Shown in pieces: positions 27,447 to 36,070 of a stretch of DNA of 42,225 nt (within the stretch, counting starts at the first letter, position 1; each line of letters begins with the position of its first letter). Made by a program: the position numbers and the translations under genes. Source of the DNA: Ruminococcaceae bacterium UBA7030 (GTDB lineage: Bacteria > Bacillota > Clostridia > Oscillospirales > Acutalibacteraceae); contig DLBD01000049.1 of the NCBI GenBank assembly GCA_002494125.1, forward strand, positions 1 through 42,225, read 5' to 3'. The notes below the pieces were generated by a model. It worked only from the letters and a program-made list of their open reading frames with translations, was not told the DNA's origin and did no database searches.

Positions 27447-27448
27447 AA

Positions 27449-27486
27449 AAGGTGAGAGTTAAGGAAATCCTTAACTCTCTTTTTTA
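27449..27486. terminator. Bidirectional terminator
   Basis: GAGAGTTAAGGA-AA-TCCTTAACTCTC followed by a T run. Confidence 0.8.
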
Positions 27487-27933
27487 GTTTATTATATCGC
27501 AATCAGTCAGTCGAAGCACTTGAATATTTCTTTCGTCAACGAAGAAATCAAACACGCCCTCGACAACTATCTCTTCATTAATTCGAGGAAAATCAACCGG
27601 GTAAGAATAGCTGTCCTTTGTGACGAACTGAAGTCCCTGCTGACAGCAGGCGGTTGCGTCCTGAATCACACAGGCATAATAAATATCGCCCGTTTCGACA
27701 TTGGCGTCTGTGTAAAAGCTGCCCTTAATTCTTACCTTTTTACCCACATAGCTTTCCGGAGAGGTAACCATATTATAAACCTCCGAATATACCATTGTGC
27801 TTGTAAGTGATGTAAGATCAAGATCAACCGATTCATACTCTTTCGTTGTTTGTTCTCCCTTTTCCTCAGCCTTACAGGAGACAAGGGAAAAAGCGGTAAT
27901 AATCACAAGTAGTATTGCAATAAATCTTTTCAT
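27484..27933 (-). CDS. Lipoprotein with DATACC motif at the end of the Zn ABC operon
   Basis: Lipobox LVSC; YVGKKVRIKG.F...ACC..GLQF. Confidence 0.75.
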   Translation of the reverse strand: MKRFIAILLVIITAFSLVSCKAEEKGEQTTKEYESVDLDLTSLTSTMVYSEVYNMVTSPESYVGKKVRIKGSFYTDANVETGDIYYACVIQDATACCQQGLQFVTKDSYSYPVDFPRINEEIVVEGVFDFFVDERNIQVLRLTDCDIIN

Positions 27934-27943
27934 AAAAACACCT

Positions 27944-28103
27944 TAATAAATATTTACGTCGGGATTGTTATAAATCAGCTTTGTTTCGGAAAGACTGCCG
28001 CTATACCTGATTTTGAAGCATTTTCGCCTTTTGAACATGACGCAGCGCACAAACAAAGCACAAGAGCAAGTAAAACCGATAAAGCTGTTTTCGAACATTT
28101 CAT
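27944..28103 (-). pseudogene. Truncated or frameshifted lipoprotein remnant (42-aa ORF at 27975-28103)
   Basis: MKCSKTALSVLLALVLCLCAASCSKGENASKSGIAAVFPKQS*; ATG overlaps the permease stop (TAATG). Confidence 0.5.
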
Positions 28104-29005
28104 TATGCTTTTTTCACTCCTAAAACTCCTATAAGCCAGAACACAAAGAAGCCGACCACGTCAAATGCAACTATTGTCGAGCCGACGGGTGTGCCTATGC
28201 GAATTGATGCTATAATTCCGACTGCGGCAATAGTTACTGAGAAAACGGCGGAACATATTACAACAGCCTTGAAATTTTTGAACACACGCATTGCGGAAAG
28301 CGCAGGAAAAATGACAAGCGCAGAGATAAGAAGCGAGCCTACAAGATTCATTGCAAGTACGATAATAACCGCAATAATAACTGCAATAAGAAAGTTATAT
28401 GCAGACGCATTTGTTCCCGTTGCTCTTGCAAAATTCTCATCAAAGGTTACTGCAAAAATCTTGTTGTAAAAAATGATGAAAACGGTAATTACAACAACCG
28501 ATAAAATTACGCAAAGCCATACGTCAAGCTTTGAAAGGGTTAGAATTGAGGTCGAGCCGAAAAGCGTTGAACAGACATCTCCCGAAACATTCGACGATGT
28601 TGAAAACACATTCATTATGATATAGCCGAAAGCAAGCGAGCCGACAGATATCATCGCTATTGCAGCGTCACCTTTAATCTTTCTGTTCTTGCTGCCGGCA
28701 AGAAGAATTATAGCCGCAACAACAGTTATCGGCAAAATAATTACCATATTATTTTTATTCACGAATTCGGCAAATGGCTCTAAAAACGAAAGGCTGCCTT
28801 TAACCATCGCCTGCATTGTTGCGGCAATCGCCATAGCTCCGAAGGCAACATGTGAGAGTCCATCTCCGATAAATGAAAACCTTTTAAGAACAAGAGTTAC
28901 ACCGATAAGCGAGGAGCAAAGCGCTATGAGTACGCCCGCAATAAGCGCATATCTGACAAACGGATAAAGCCTGAACCACTCAATAAGTTCACTAATATCA
29001 GTCAT
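28103..29005 (-). CDS. znuB: Zn/Mn ABC transporter permease
   Basis: IGDGLSHVAFGA, LFGS, VGSLLISAL. Confidence 0.88.
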   Translation of the reverse strand: MTDISELIEWFRLYPFVRYALIAGVLIALCSSLIGVTLVLKRFSFIGDGLSHVAFGAMAIAATMQAMVKGSLSFLEPFAEFVNKNNMVIILPITVVAAIILLAGSKNRKIKGDAAIAMISVGSLAFGYIIMNVFSTSSNVSGDVCSTLFGSTSILTLSKLDVWLCVILSVVVITVFIIFYNKIFAVTFDENFARATGTNASAYNFLIAVIIAVIIVLAMNLVGSLLISALVIFPALSAMRVFKNFKAVVICSAVFSVTIAAVGIIASIRIGTPVGSTIVAFDVVGFFVFWLIGVLGVKKA

Positions 29006-29708
29006 TTACCTCACCTCCGTTTTGAATATTGAAGGATGAAAAATGATTTTCAGCAAACTCCTCCTTGGTGCCGAAAAATGTCTTTTCACCGATATATAAA
29101 ATATGTGAGGCGTATTCAACTGCGGCGTGTATATCGTGGGAAATCATTATGATTGTGATTCCCTGCCCATTGAGTTCTTTAATTAATGAATACATCTGCG
29201 CCGTAACCTTTGGGTCGAGGCCCGAAACAGGCTCGTCAAGAAGCAGAAGCGTTTTTGTTGCGCAAAGCGCTCTTGCAAGGAGAACTCGTTGCTGCTGCCC
29301 GCCGGAAAGTTCACGGTAGCACCTGTTTTTAAGAGCGGTAATATTCATCCTTTCCATATTCTCAAGCGCTCTTTTTTTATCACCCTTTGAATAAAAAGGT
29401 TTGAGCGGCGAGGATGAAAGACAACCGGACAAAACAATTTCCCACACGCTTGCAGGGAAATCACGCTGAACTACAGTCTGCTGAGGAAGATAGCCGATTT
29501 CATTTTTATTAAGTCCGTCGCCCATTATTATCTCACCCGAAAGCGGTGACTGAAGATTCAGGATTGTTTTCATAAGGGTTGACTTACCGGAGCCGTTTTC
29601 GCCGACTATGCAAAGATAGTCGCCCTTATTAATTTCAAAGTTCAAATCCGAAACGACCGCTTTACCGTCGTATCCGAGTGTAAGGTGTTCACATTTTAAT
29701 ATAGACAT
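28998..29708 (-). CDS. znuC: Zn/Mn ABC transporter ATP-binding protein
   Basis: GENGSGKST, GYLPQ, DFPASV, LSGGQQQRVLLARAL, ISHD. Confidence 0.88.
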   Translation of the reverse strand: MSILKCEHLTLGYDGKAVVSDLNFEINKGDYLCIVGENGSGKSTLMKTILNLQSPLSGEIIMGDGLNKNEIGYLPQQTVVQRDFPASVWEIVLSGCLSSSPLKPFYSKGDKKRALENMERMNITALKNRCYRELSGGQQQRVLLARALCATKTLLLLDEPVSGLDPKVTAQMYSLIKELNGQGITIIMISHDIHAAVEYASHILYIGEKTFFGTKEEFAENHFSSFNIQNGGEVND

Positions 29709-29726
29709 AGTGTCCTCCGAAAAAAA

Positions 29727-30728
29727 TTATGAAAGCGCCGTTTTAAGCACCTCAAGGTTTGACTGCATTATTGAGTAATAGGTACTGCCGGATTCCCTGT
29801 CGGCAGAGGTTACAGTCTGCATCGAATTAAGAACGAGTATTTGCTGATTCTTATCTTTTGTATTGCTGATAACGGTTTTTGCAAGCTCATCGGTTGAGCC
29901 GTCAATAATCATAATATATTTCAGAGAAAACTCATCAACCTTTTCGACAAGAAATTTAACAGTTTCAAAACTTGCCTCAGTTTCAGCCGAGCATCCCACA
30001 AAAGCTGCATAATAAGTTATACCGTAGTCGTCCGTAAGATACATAAACGGAAAACGGTCGGCAAAAAGAAGCACCGGATTTATATTACCTGTTTCCATTA
30101 TTTCCTGCTGGAACTGATTGTGAAGCTCGTTGAGTTTGTCAACGTAGGCGCCGCCGTTATCAATATATGTCTGTGCGTTTTCACTATCAAGCTTTGCAAG
30201 CTCCTCTGAAATTCTTGTGCAGAAAAGTCTTGCATTTATAAGTGAAAGCCAGACATGCTCGTCATATTCAGCTTTACCTTCGGTTTCTTGTGCATGCTCT
30301 TCCTCATTCTCACGCTCTTCCTCAACTTGCATACCTTCTATAACTCTTTCTTCCTTAGCATTAGCACCGAGAATGTCAATGAGATTCAGCGCAATCATAT
30401 CCGGATTTTGAGCGTTTTTGAGAACGTCGTCAACCCATTTATCACTTTCACCGCCGACATAGATAAACATATCACAGCTTGAAATTTTAACAATATCTTC
30501 CGCCGTCGGCTGATAATTGTGAAGGTCTACTCCGTTATCAAGAAGGAGAGTGACGTCAACATCATCCGCTCTGTCGCCAAGTATTTCCATAACCCAGTCG
30601 TATTCAGGAAAGATTGTGCAAACGACACTAAGCTTTGAATTAGTCTTTTTTACCACATCTCCCGAGCACGCAGTAAAGACAGTAAAGAGCATTACCGCTG
30701 CAATAAGGACTGCAATAATCTTTTTCAT
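29727..30728 (-). CDS. znuA: Zn/Mn ABC transporter substrate-binding lipoprotein
   Basis: Lipobox FTAC, DLHNYQPT, acidic loop, DEHVWLS. Confidence 0.88.
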   Translation of the reverse strand: MKKIIAVLIAAVMLFTVFTACSGDVVKKTNSKLSVVCTIFPEYDWVMEILGDRADDVDVTLLLDNGVDLHNYQPTAEDIVKISSCDMFIYVGGESDKWVDDVLKNAQNPDMIALNLIDILGANAKEERVIEGMQVEEERENEEEHAQETEGKAEYDEHVWLSLINARLFCTRISEELAKLDSENAQTYIDNGGAYVDKLNELHNQFQQEIMETGNINPVLLFADRFPFMYLTDDYGITYYAAFVGCSAETEASFETVKFLVEKVDEFSLKYIMIIDGSTDELAKTVISNTKDKNQQILVLNSMQTVTSADRESGSTYYSIMQSNLEVLKTALS

Positions 30729-30769
30729 AAATATACCTCTATATGTTAATCATTAATTTGGTAAAAAAC

Positions 30770-30798
30770 ATTATAATTGCATTATTAAGTATTGTCAA
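30770..30798 (-). promoter_or_regulatory. Consensus sigma-A promoter of the Zn ABC operon
   Basis: TTGACA-17-TATAAT on the minus strand. Confidence 0.8.
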
Positions 30799-30840
30799 TG
30801 TTATGAGAAAAGCCACATATGAGCATATGAAAATACAATA

Positions 30841-30897
30841 AAAAAGGAACCGCTTAGGGCACACTAAATAAATATGGTGTGCCCCTTTCACGGTCCC
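30841..30897 (-). terminator. Terminator after nrdR
   Basis: ACCG..AGGGCACAC-loop-GTGTGCCCT..CGGT with T-tract on the minus strand. Confidence 0.65.
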
Positions 30898-30911
30898 CAA
30901 AATATATAATA

Positions 30912-31355
30912 TTACATTTTTGAAATTTCTTCCCTGAATGCTTCAACGGAGTCAAACTCCTTGTAAACAGAAGCAAAACGGATATAAGCAACCTCGTCGA
31001 TAAGCTTAAGCTTTTCCATAATAAGCTCACCGATTCTTACGGAAGTAACCTCGCGGTCAACTGCAGACTGGAGCGTAGCTTCAATCTCACTTATTGCGCT
31101 TTCAAGTTCTGAAATAGTAACAGACCTTTTTTCGCACGCACGAAGCATACCCTTCAAAATCTTGTTTCTGTCAAATACCTCACGGCTCTTATCCTTTTTC
31201 ACGACGATAATCGGTACATCCTCAATAGTTTCATATGTAGTGAAACGTTTTGAGCACTGAAGACATTCTCTTCTTCTTCTGATTCTTTCGTTTTCGTCTG
31301 TAGGACGAGAGTCAATTACTTTGCTTTCTTCAAAGCCGCAAAATGGACATTTCAT
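30912..31355 (-). CDS. nrdR: Transcriptional repressor NrdR
   Basis: MKCPFC, SKVIDSR, RRRREC..C..RFTTYE, ATP cone, VAYIRFASVY. Confidence 0.98.
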   Translation of the reverse strand: MKCPFCGFEESKVIDSRPTDENERIRRRRECLQCSKRFTTYETIEDVPIIVVKKDKSREVFDRNKILKGMLRACEKRSVTISELESAISEIEATLQSAVDREVTSVRIGELIMEKLKLIDEVAYIRFASVYKEFDSVEAFREEISKM

Positions 31356-31392
31356 TTTAGTATTCCCCCTGTCACATTAATGACTAATTGTC

Positions 31393-31451
31393 ATTATAAC
31401 ACAAGATATAGAAAAATGCAAGTATTTTTACTTTACAACAATATATAGTTT
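31393..31451 (-). promoter_or_regulatory. nrdR promoter with two NrdR-box-like sites
   Basis: TTGCAT-17-TATAAT; ACACAAGATATAGAAA (31399-31414) and CAACAATATATAGTTT (31436-31451) resemble acaCwAtATaTwGtgt. Confidence 0.65.
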
Positions 31452-32342
31452 TTATTTTGAATTTTTAAGTTGATGTTCCTTTTTATTGTATAAAAACATC
31501 CAGACAGCCATTGAACAGATTACAAAATAGCCTACAAACGACCACAAGTCAGGTATCTGATGACCGAGGAAGAAGTATCCGCTTATTGCAGTGAAAATGA
31601 CGTTTGAATAATCGTAAACAGAAATTTCCCTGCTTGGAGCGAAGGTATATGCAGCTGTAATTGTGAATTGACCGCCTGCAGCACACACGCCGACCATAAG
31701 AAGACAAAACCACTGAAAGCCTGTCATAGGGCTGAATCTGAATAATAAATACGGCGCACTTGCAATGCAGGAGAAGAGCGAGAAAAAGAACACGGTAAAA
31801 TGACCGTTTTCGCCTTTGTTACCGAGGTGGCGCACACAGGTATAAGCAGCTCCGGCACACACACCGCCGATGAAACCCGCTATTGACGGAACAAGCTGAG
31901 GATTATCCATAGTCGGCTTTATAACGAGCATTGCGCCAAGAAACGCAACCGCTATTGCAATCGCCTGTTTCGGCTTCACCTTTTCTTTAAGAAATATTGC
32001 TGAAAAAATCAGGGTAAAAAACGGACTCATTTTATTGAGTATTGCCGCATCAGCGGTTGAAGCCATTTTTGTTGTGGCATAGAAATTACCGATAACTCCA
32101 ACAAATCCTGCACCTGACCTCAAAAGATGATAACCGATACAGCCCTTGTGAGGGGCAAAGCTTTCTTTGTTTTTAGCAAGAGCAAAGCCGGCTATAAAAA
32201 GCGCAACAAGGTTTCTGAAAAAAATCTTCTGAAGCACCGGCACATCGCCCGAAAGATTTATAAAGCTGCTCATTCCGCTGAAGAAAAACGCAGAGAGCAC
32301 TATACAAATTATTCCCTTTGTTCTGTTACTTACAGTTGCCAT
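31452..32342 (-). CDS. DMT/EamA family transporter
   Basis: About 10 TM helices; FFRN, SPFFT, FLKEK. Confidence 0.88.
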   Translation of the reverse strand: MATVSNRTKGIICIVLSAFFFSGMSSFINLSGDVPVLQKIFFRNLVALFIAGFALAKNKESFAPHKGCIGYHLLRSGAGFVGVIGNFYATTKMASTADAAILNKMSPFFTLIFSAIFLKEKVKPKQAIAIAVAFLGAMLVIKPTMDNPQLVPSIAGFIGGVCAGAAYTCVRHLGNKGENGHFTVFFFSLFSCIASAPYLLFRFSPMTGFQWFCLLMVGVCAAGGQFTITAAYTFAPSREISVYDYSNVIFTAISGYFFLGHQIPDLWSFVGYFVICSMAVWMFLYNKKEHQLKNSK

Positions 32343-33118
32343 AACTTTTCAAGATAGTCCTTACTTTCCGTTAATTCTTTCTTAACGTCAAAGTTTTTCG
32401 AATATATTTCAATAACGCAGTCACCGTCATAGCCGGCGCTGTCAAGTATGTTTTTAAGACGAAGAAAATCAAAAGTGCCCTTTGACGGAGGAAGGCAGTC
32501 TGCCTCAGTGCTGTTGTCACTAATATGCACATGGCGGATTTCGTTTTTGAACTCCTCCAAAAACTCAAAGGTATCCTCGCCTGCACGAACAGTCTGTTTA
32601 ATGTCAAAAACCATATTGTAATCGTCACCAAGAGCTTTTCTCATTTTTTTACAAAACTCTATGCTCTGACTTTTGAAGCGGTTTACATTTTCCTGACATA
32701 CGGTTACACCCTCTCGCTTTCCGATAGCAATAAGCTCGTTGAAGCGCTCAAAATAACGTTCGTCGGGTATGGGTATTTTAGGAGTTGCTACGGCGCCGTG
32801 AATTACAACATACTTTGCTCCAAGCATTGCCGCCGAGTGACAGGTCTTTTCATAAATACCTATATAATCCCTGTATCTCCTTTCATAGTCGCCGAAAATA
32901 CAGGGCGATTCAAGGAAGCTTGAAAACGGATGAACGGAAATAATTTCGGTATTACTTCCATTAACAATACTGCCAAGCTCTTTAGTGAAGTTATCTTCAA
33001 GCTCGCAGTAAGCATTAAGAAAAACCTCTGCTTTTTCAAAACCCAAATCGACAACATTTTTAAGCGCCTTTTCGGTTTCAAGAGGATAGAAGCATGAGGT
33101 TGAAGCTCCAAGTCTCAT
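32330..33118 (-). CDS. Sugar-phosphate isomerase/epimerase (xylose isomerase-like TIM barrel)
   Basis: SVHPF, VIHG, QENV, FDIKQ, HVHISD, IE.Y. Confidence 0.82.
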   Translation of the reverse strand: MRLGASTSCFYPLETEKALKNVVDLGFEKAEVFLNAYCELEDNFTKELGSIVNGSNTEIISVHPFSSFLESPCIFGDYERRYRDYIGIYEKTCHSAAMLGAKYVVIHGAVATPKIPIPDERYFERFNELIAIGKREGVTVCQENVNRFKSQSIEFCKKMRKALGDDYNMVFDIKQTVRAGEDTFEFLEEFKNEIRHVHISDNSTEADCLPPSKGTFDFLRLKNILDSAGYDGDCVIEIYSKNFDVKKELTESKDYLEKLWQL

Positions 33119-33166
33119 ATTTTCACTCCTATAAACACAGGGCAGGTTTCCCTGCCCTTAACTGAA

Positions 33167-34432
33167 TTATTCATTAGTCAGCTTTTCAATAACCGCAAGC
33201 TGAACACATATGCACAAAAGCTCTGCCGCAAGGTCAAGCTCATGCACCGGTGGATATGACGGAGCAATACGAATATTGCTGTCATGAGGGTCAACGCCGT
33301 AAGGATATGTAGCGCCGACAGTCGTAAGCGTTACGCCTGCCTCCTTACAAAGCTCGCCCGTCCTTTTTGCACAGCCGTCATAAACATCAAGGCTGATAAA
33401 GTAGCCGCCCTTTGGCTCAACCCAGCTTGCAATACCCTTTGAGCCAAGCTCGTTTTCGAGGTGATGTAAAACAATATCAAACTTCGGCTTAAGTATTTTT
33501 GCATGCTTTTTCATATGATTAAGAATACCGTCGGCATTTTTGAAATATGCAACATGGCGATATTGATTCATCTTGTCATAGCTTATTGTCTGCGCATTAA
33601 GTCTTTTCTTAATCATTGCGATATTGTTATCGCTTGCAATGATGGCGGAGACACCTGCACCGGGGAACGTGATTTTTGAAGTTGAGCAAACCTCAACAAC
33701 CATATCCTCATTGTTATACTTTGGAAGGATGTCGAAAATATTGAGAAGCTTTGGTGCGTCCTCCTCAAGTGCGTGAACGCAGTACGCATTATCCCAGATG
33801 ATTCTGAAATCATCAGCCGCAGGATTGAGCGACGCTATTCTTTCAACCACAGCGTCGGAGAAAACGATACCGGACGGATTTGAAAATCTCGGAACGCAGA
33901 ACATACCCTTTACGCTTTCATCCTCAACAAGCTCCTCTATGGCGTCCATATCGGGACCTTCCTCGTTCATCGGGATGTTAATCATTTCAATTCCGAAATG
34001 CTCACAAATTGTAAAATGCCTGTCGTAGCCGGGAACGGGACAAAGAAACTTTACTTTGTCAAGTTTACACCACGGAGTTGAGCCCATACCGTGAGTAAAG
34101 CATTGGCTTATATAATCAAACATAAGCTGAAGGCTTGCGTTAGGACCGATGATAACGTTCTTCGCCTCAACACCCATAAGCTCGGCAAAAAGCTCCTTAC
34201 AGCTCGGTATACCGTCAAGCACACCGTAATTTCTGTAATCAACGCCGTCAACAACATAATCCTCAACCACTGTATTAATGCCGTTTGAAAGATCAAGCTG
34301 GTCTGCACCGGGCTTGCCTCTGCTCATATCAAGCTTAAGATTTTTCGCTTTGAAATCGGTATATCTTTTCTCAAGAAGAGCCTTTTCGCTCATAAGCTCT
34401 TCCCTGCTCATCTGTGTATAAAGCTTACTCAT
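33167..34432 (-). CDS. PLP-dependent class I/II aminotransferase (putative aspartate aminotransferase)
   Basis: LDMSRGKP, PVPGYDRHF, SNPSG, WDNAY, STSKITF, NIRIAPS. Confidence 0.9.
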   Translation of the reverse strand: MSKLYTQMSREELMSEKALLEKRYTDFKAKNLKLDMSRGKPGADQLDLSNGINTVVEDYVVDGVDYRNYGVLDGIPSCKELFAELMGVEAKNVIIGPNASLQLMFDYISQCFTHGMGSTPWCKLDKVKFLCPVPGYDRHFTICEHFGIEMINIPMNEEGPDMDAIEELVEDESVKGMFCVPRFSNPSGIVFSDAVVERIASLNPAADDFRIIWDNAYCVHALEEDAPKLLNIFDILPKYNNEDMVVEVCSTSKITFPGAGVSAIIASDNNIAMIKKRLNAQTISYDKMNQYRHVAYFKNADGILNHMKKHAKILKPKFDIVLHHLENELGSKGIASWVEPKGGYFISLDVYDGCAKRTGELCKEAGVTLTTVGATYPYGVDPHDSNIRIAPSYPPVHELDLAAELLCICVQLAVIEKLTNE

Positions 34433-34495
34433 ATATTCACCTCGAAAAAATTTTGAATATATTTTACCACAAATTTTTTATTAATGCAATAAAAA

Positions 34496-34531
34496 AGAAA
34501 GACGACATCTGCATATACAGATGTCGTCCTT
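34496..34531 (-). terminator. Terminator
   Basis: GACGACATCTG-catata-CAGATGTCGTC. Confidence 0.8.
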
Positions 34532-34539
34532 TACAATTA

Positions 34540-36006
34540 CTATAATAATCTCTCAAGTCCTTCGGTTGAATACTCCTCGCCATTGCGCTTTTTCGAAAGC
34601 GCATCGTTAAGAAGTGCAACCCTTTTTCTTGTCATTGGATAAAGCGAAATACAAACGACTGCGATTATGATAAGAACAGCCGGAATAACAGTTGAAATAT
34701 TTTCCATACCGTTTACAATCTTTGCATCGGTAACCTTTGTGAAAAGCGCCTCGTTGCCGGCAACATCATTTGATGAATCGTAGCCGTAAAGCGCAAGGAG
34801 CTGACCTGCCATAAGGATACCGAAAGCGGAGCCGAATTTCTGAACAAACTGCGGCAAAGCGGTAATTGTTGATTCCTTTCTTCTTCCCGTCTTAAATTCG
34901 TTGAGCTCAACAAGATCGTAACCCATTGAATAAAACAGAGTCCAGAAGGTACCTGAACCGATACCGAGAACAGCAGGAGCAATAACGCACATCGGCTTGA
35001 ACGAGCCAATCTGAACGTCAAGACCTATAAGTTTGATTATTATTTCCCCTGCAACGGCAATAGAAAGGAATATTATTGTAGCCGTTCTTCTGTCTGTTTT
35101 TTCAGCGACCTTTTCAACAATCGGCACAACAACTGCCATTGATATTACAAGCGAAATAATTACAAATACAATACCGGTATCATATTCCATACCTATGCAG
35201 TCGATAACCATATATGTAAGATTTGCCTGAATCATTGAAGAGCCGGCAAGGAAACAGAAAACAAATATCAAAAACCACTTTGTAGGGCGCAGCCTTAAAA
35301 TATGGCCAAAGGATTTGAAGGTCTTTTTTATGGTCATCTTTTCAATAATTCCGTCTGCAGGAAGAGGCTTAGGTGTATAAATACCCTCAAGCGATTTGCA
35401 GCAAATAAAGCCAAGTACGACTGCAAGGATACTTATGATTGCAGCAACTACCGCGTATGAATTTTTCTGATATTTTTCGCCTACAAGAATTGCGATAGTC
35501 GGAACAAGCGCCGGAAGGATATTGCCAAGGCCTACGGCAGCGGCATTGAGAAATGAGGAAAGCGAACGAATTGCAGTTCTTTCGTCATAGTCCTCAGTAA
35601 GCTCTGCTACAACTGCATAGTACGGAATTGAATACATTGTATAGAATATCCAAATCAGCATAGAAATCACGGTGTATACAAGCACCTTAATCAGCTGGCT
35701 TGATATTCCGGCACCGATACTCGTCCACGCAACTATGAACACAACCGCAAGCGGAAGAATTGAAACTTTCATCATCTTTCGCTTGTCAACGCCGGGTCTG
35801 TCGGTGTAATTACCGATAATCGGGTCAGTTACCGCATCCCATGCGATTGAAATAAATATAATTATTGAAGCATAGCTTGGTCTGATACCAACCATCTCAA
35901 TAAGGAAAGTAAGGTAATATGTGTAAAACATATTATAGACAAGCGATTCTGTAAATATACCAAAGGCATATCCGAGTTTTTTCTTTTTAGGTAAAGTATT
36001 TTTCAT
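34540..36006 (-). CDS. MFS glycoside-pentoside-hexuronide (MelB-like) cation symporter
   Basis: WDAVTDPIIG, ELT.DY.ER, D.VE..E.KTG.R.E. Confidence 0.88.
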   Translation of the reverse strand: MKNTLPKKKKLGYAFGIFTESLVYNMFYTYYLTFLIEMVGIRPSYASIIIFISIAWDAVTDPIIGNYTDRPGVDKRKMMKVSILPLAVVFIVAWTSIGAGISSQLIKVLVYTVISMLIWIFYTMYSIPYYAVVAELTEDYDERTAIRSLSSFLNAAAVGLGNILPALVPTIAILVGEKYQKNSYAVVAAIISILAVVLGFICCKSLEGIYTPKPLPADGIIEKMTIKKTFKSFGHILRLRPTKWFLIFVFCFLAGSSMIQANLTYMVIDCIGMEYDTGIVFVIISLVISMAVVVPIVEKVAEKTDRRTATIIFLSIAVAGEIIIKLIGLDVQIGSFKPMCVIAPAVLGIGSGTFWTLFYSMGYDLVELNEFKTGRRKESTITALPQFVQKFGSAFGILMAGQLLALYGYDSSNDVAGNEALFTKVTDAKIVNGMENISTVIPAVLIIIAVVCISLYPMTRKRVALLNDALSKKRNGEEYSTEGLERLL

Positions 36007-36070
36007 AACGCTCCTCCCTTAATCCGCAAAACAAGGGCGGATAACCGCCCCTGTTAGTTATTACTTAATT

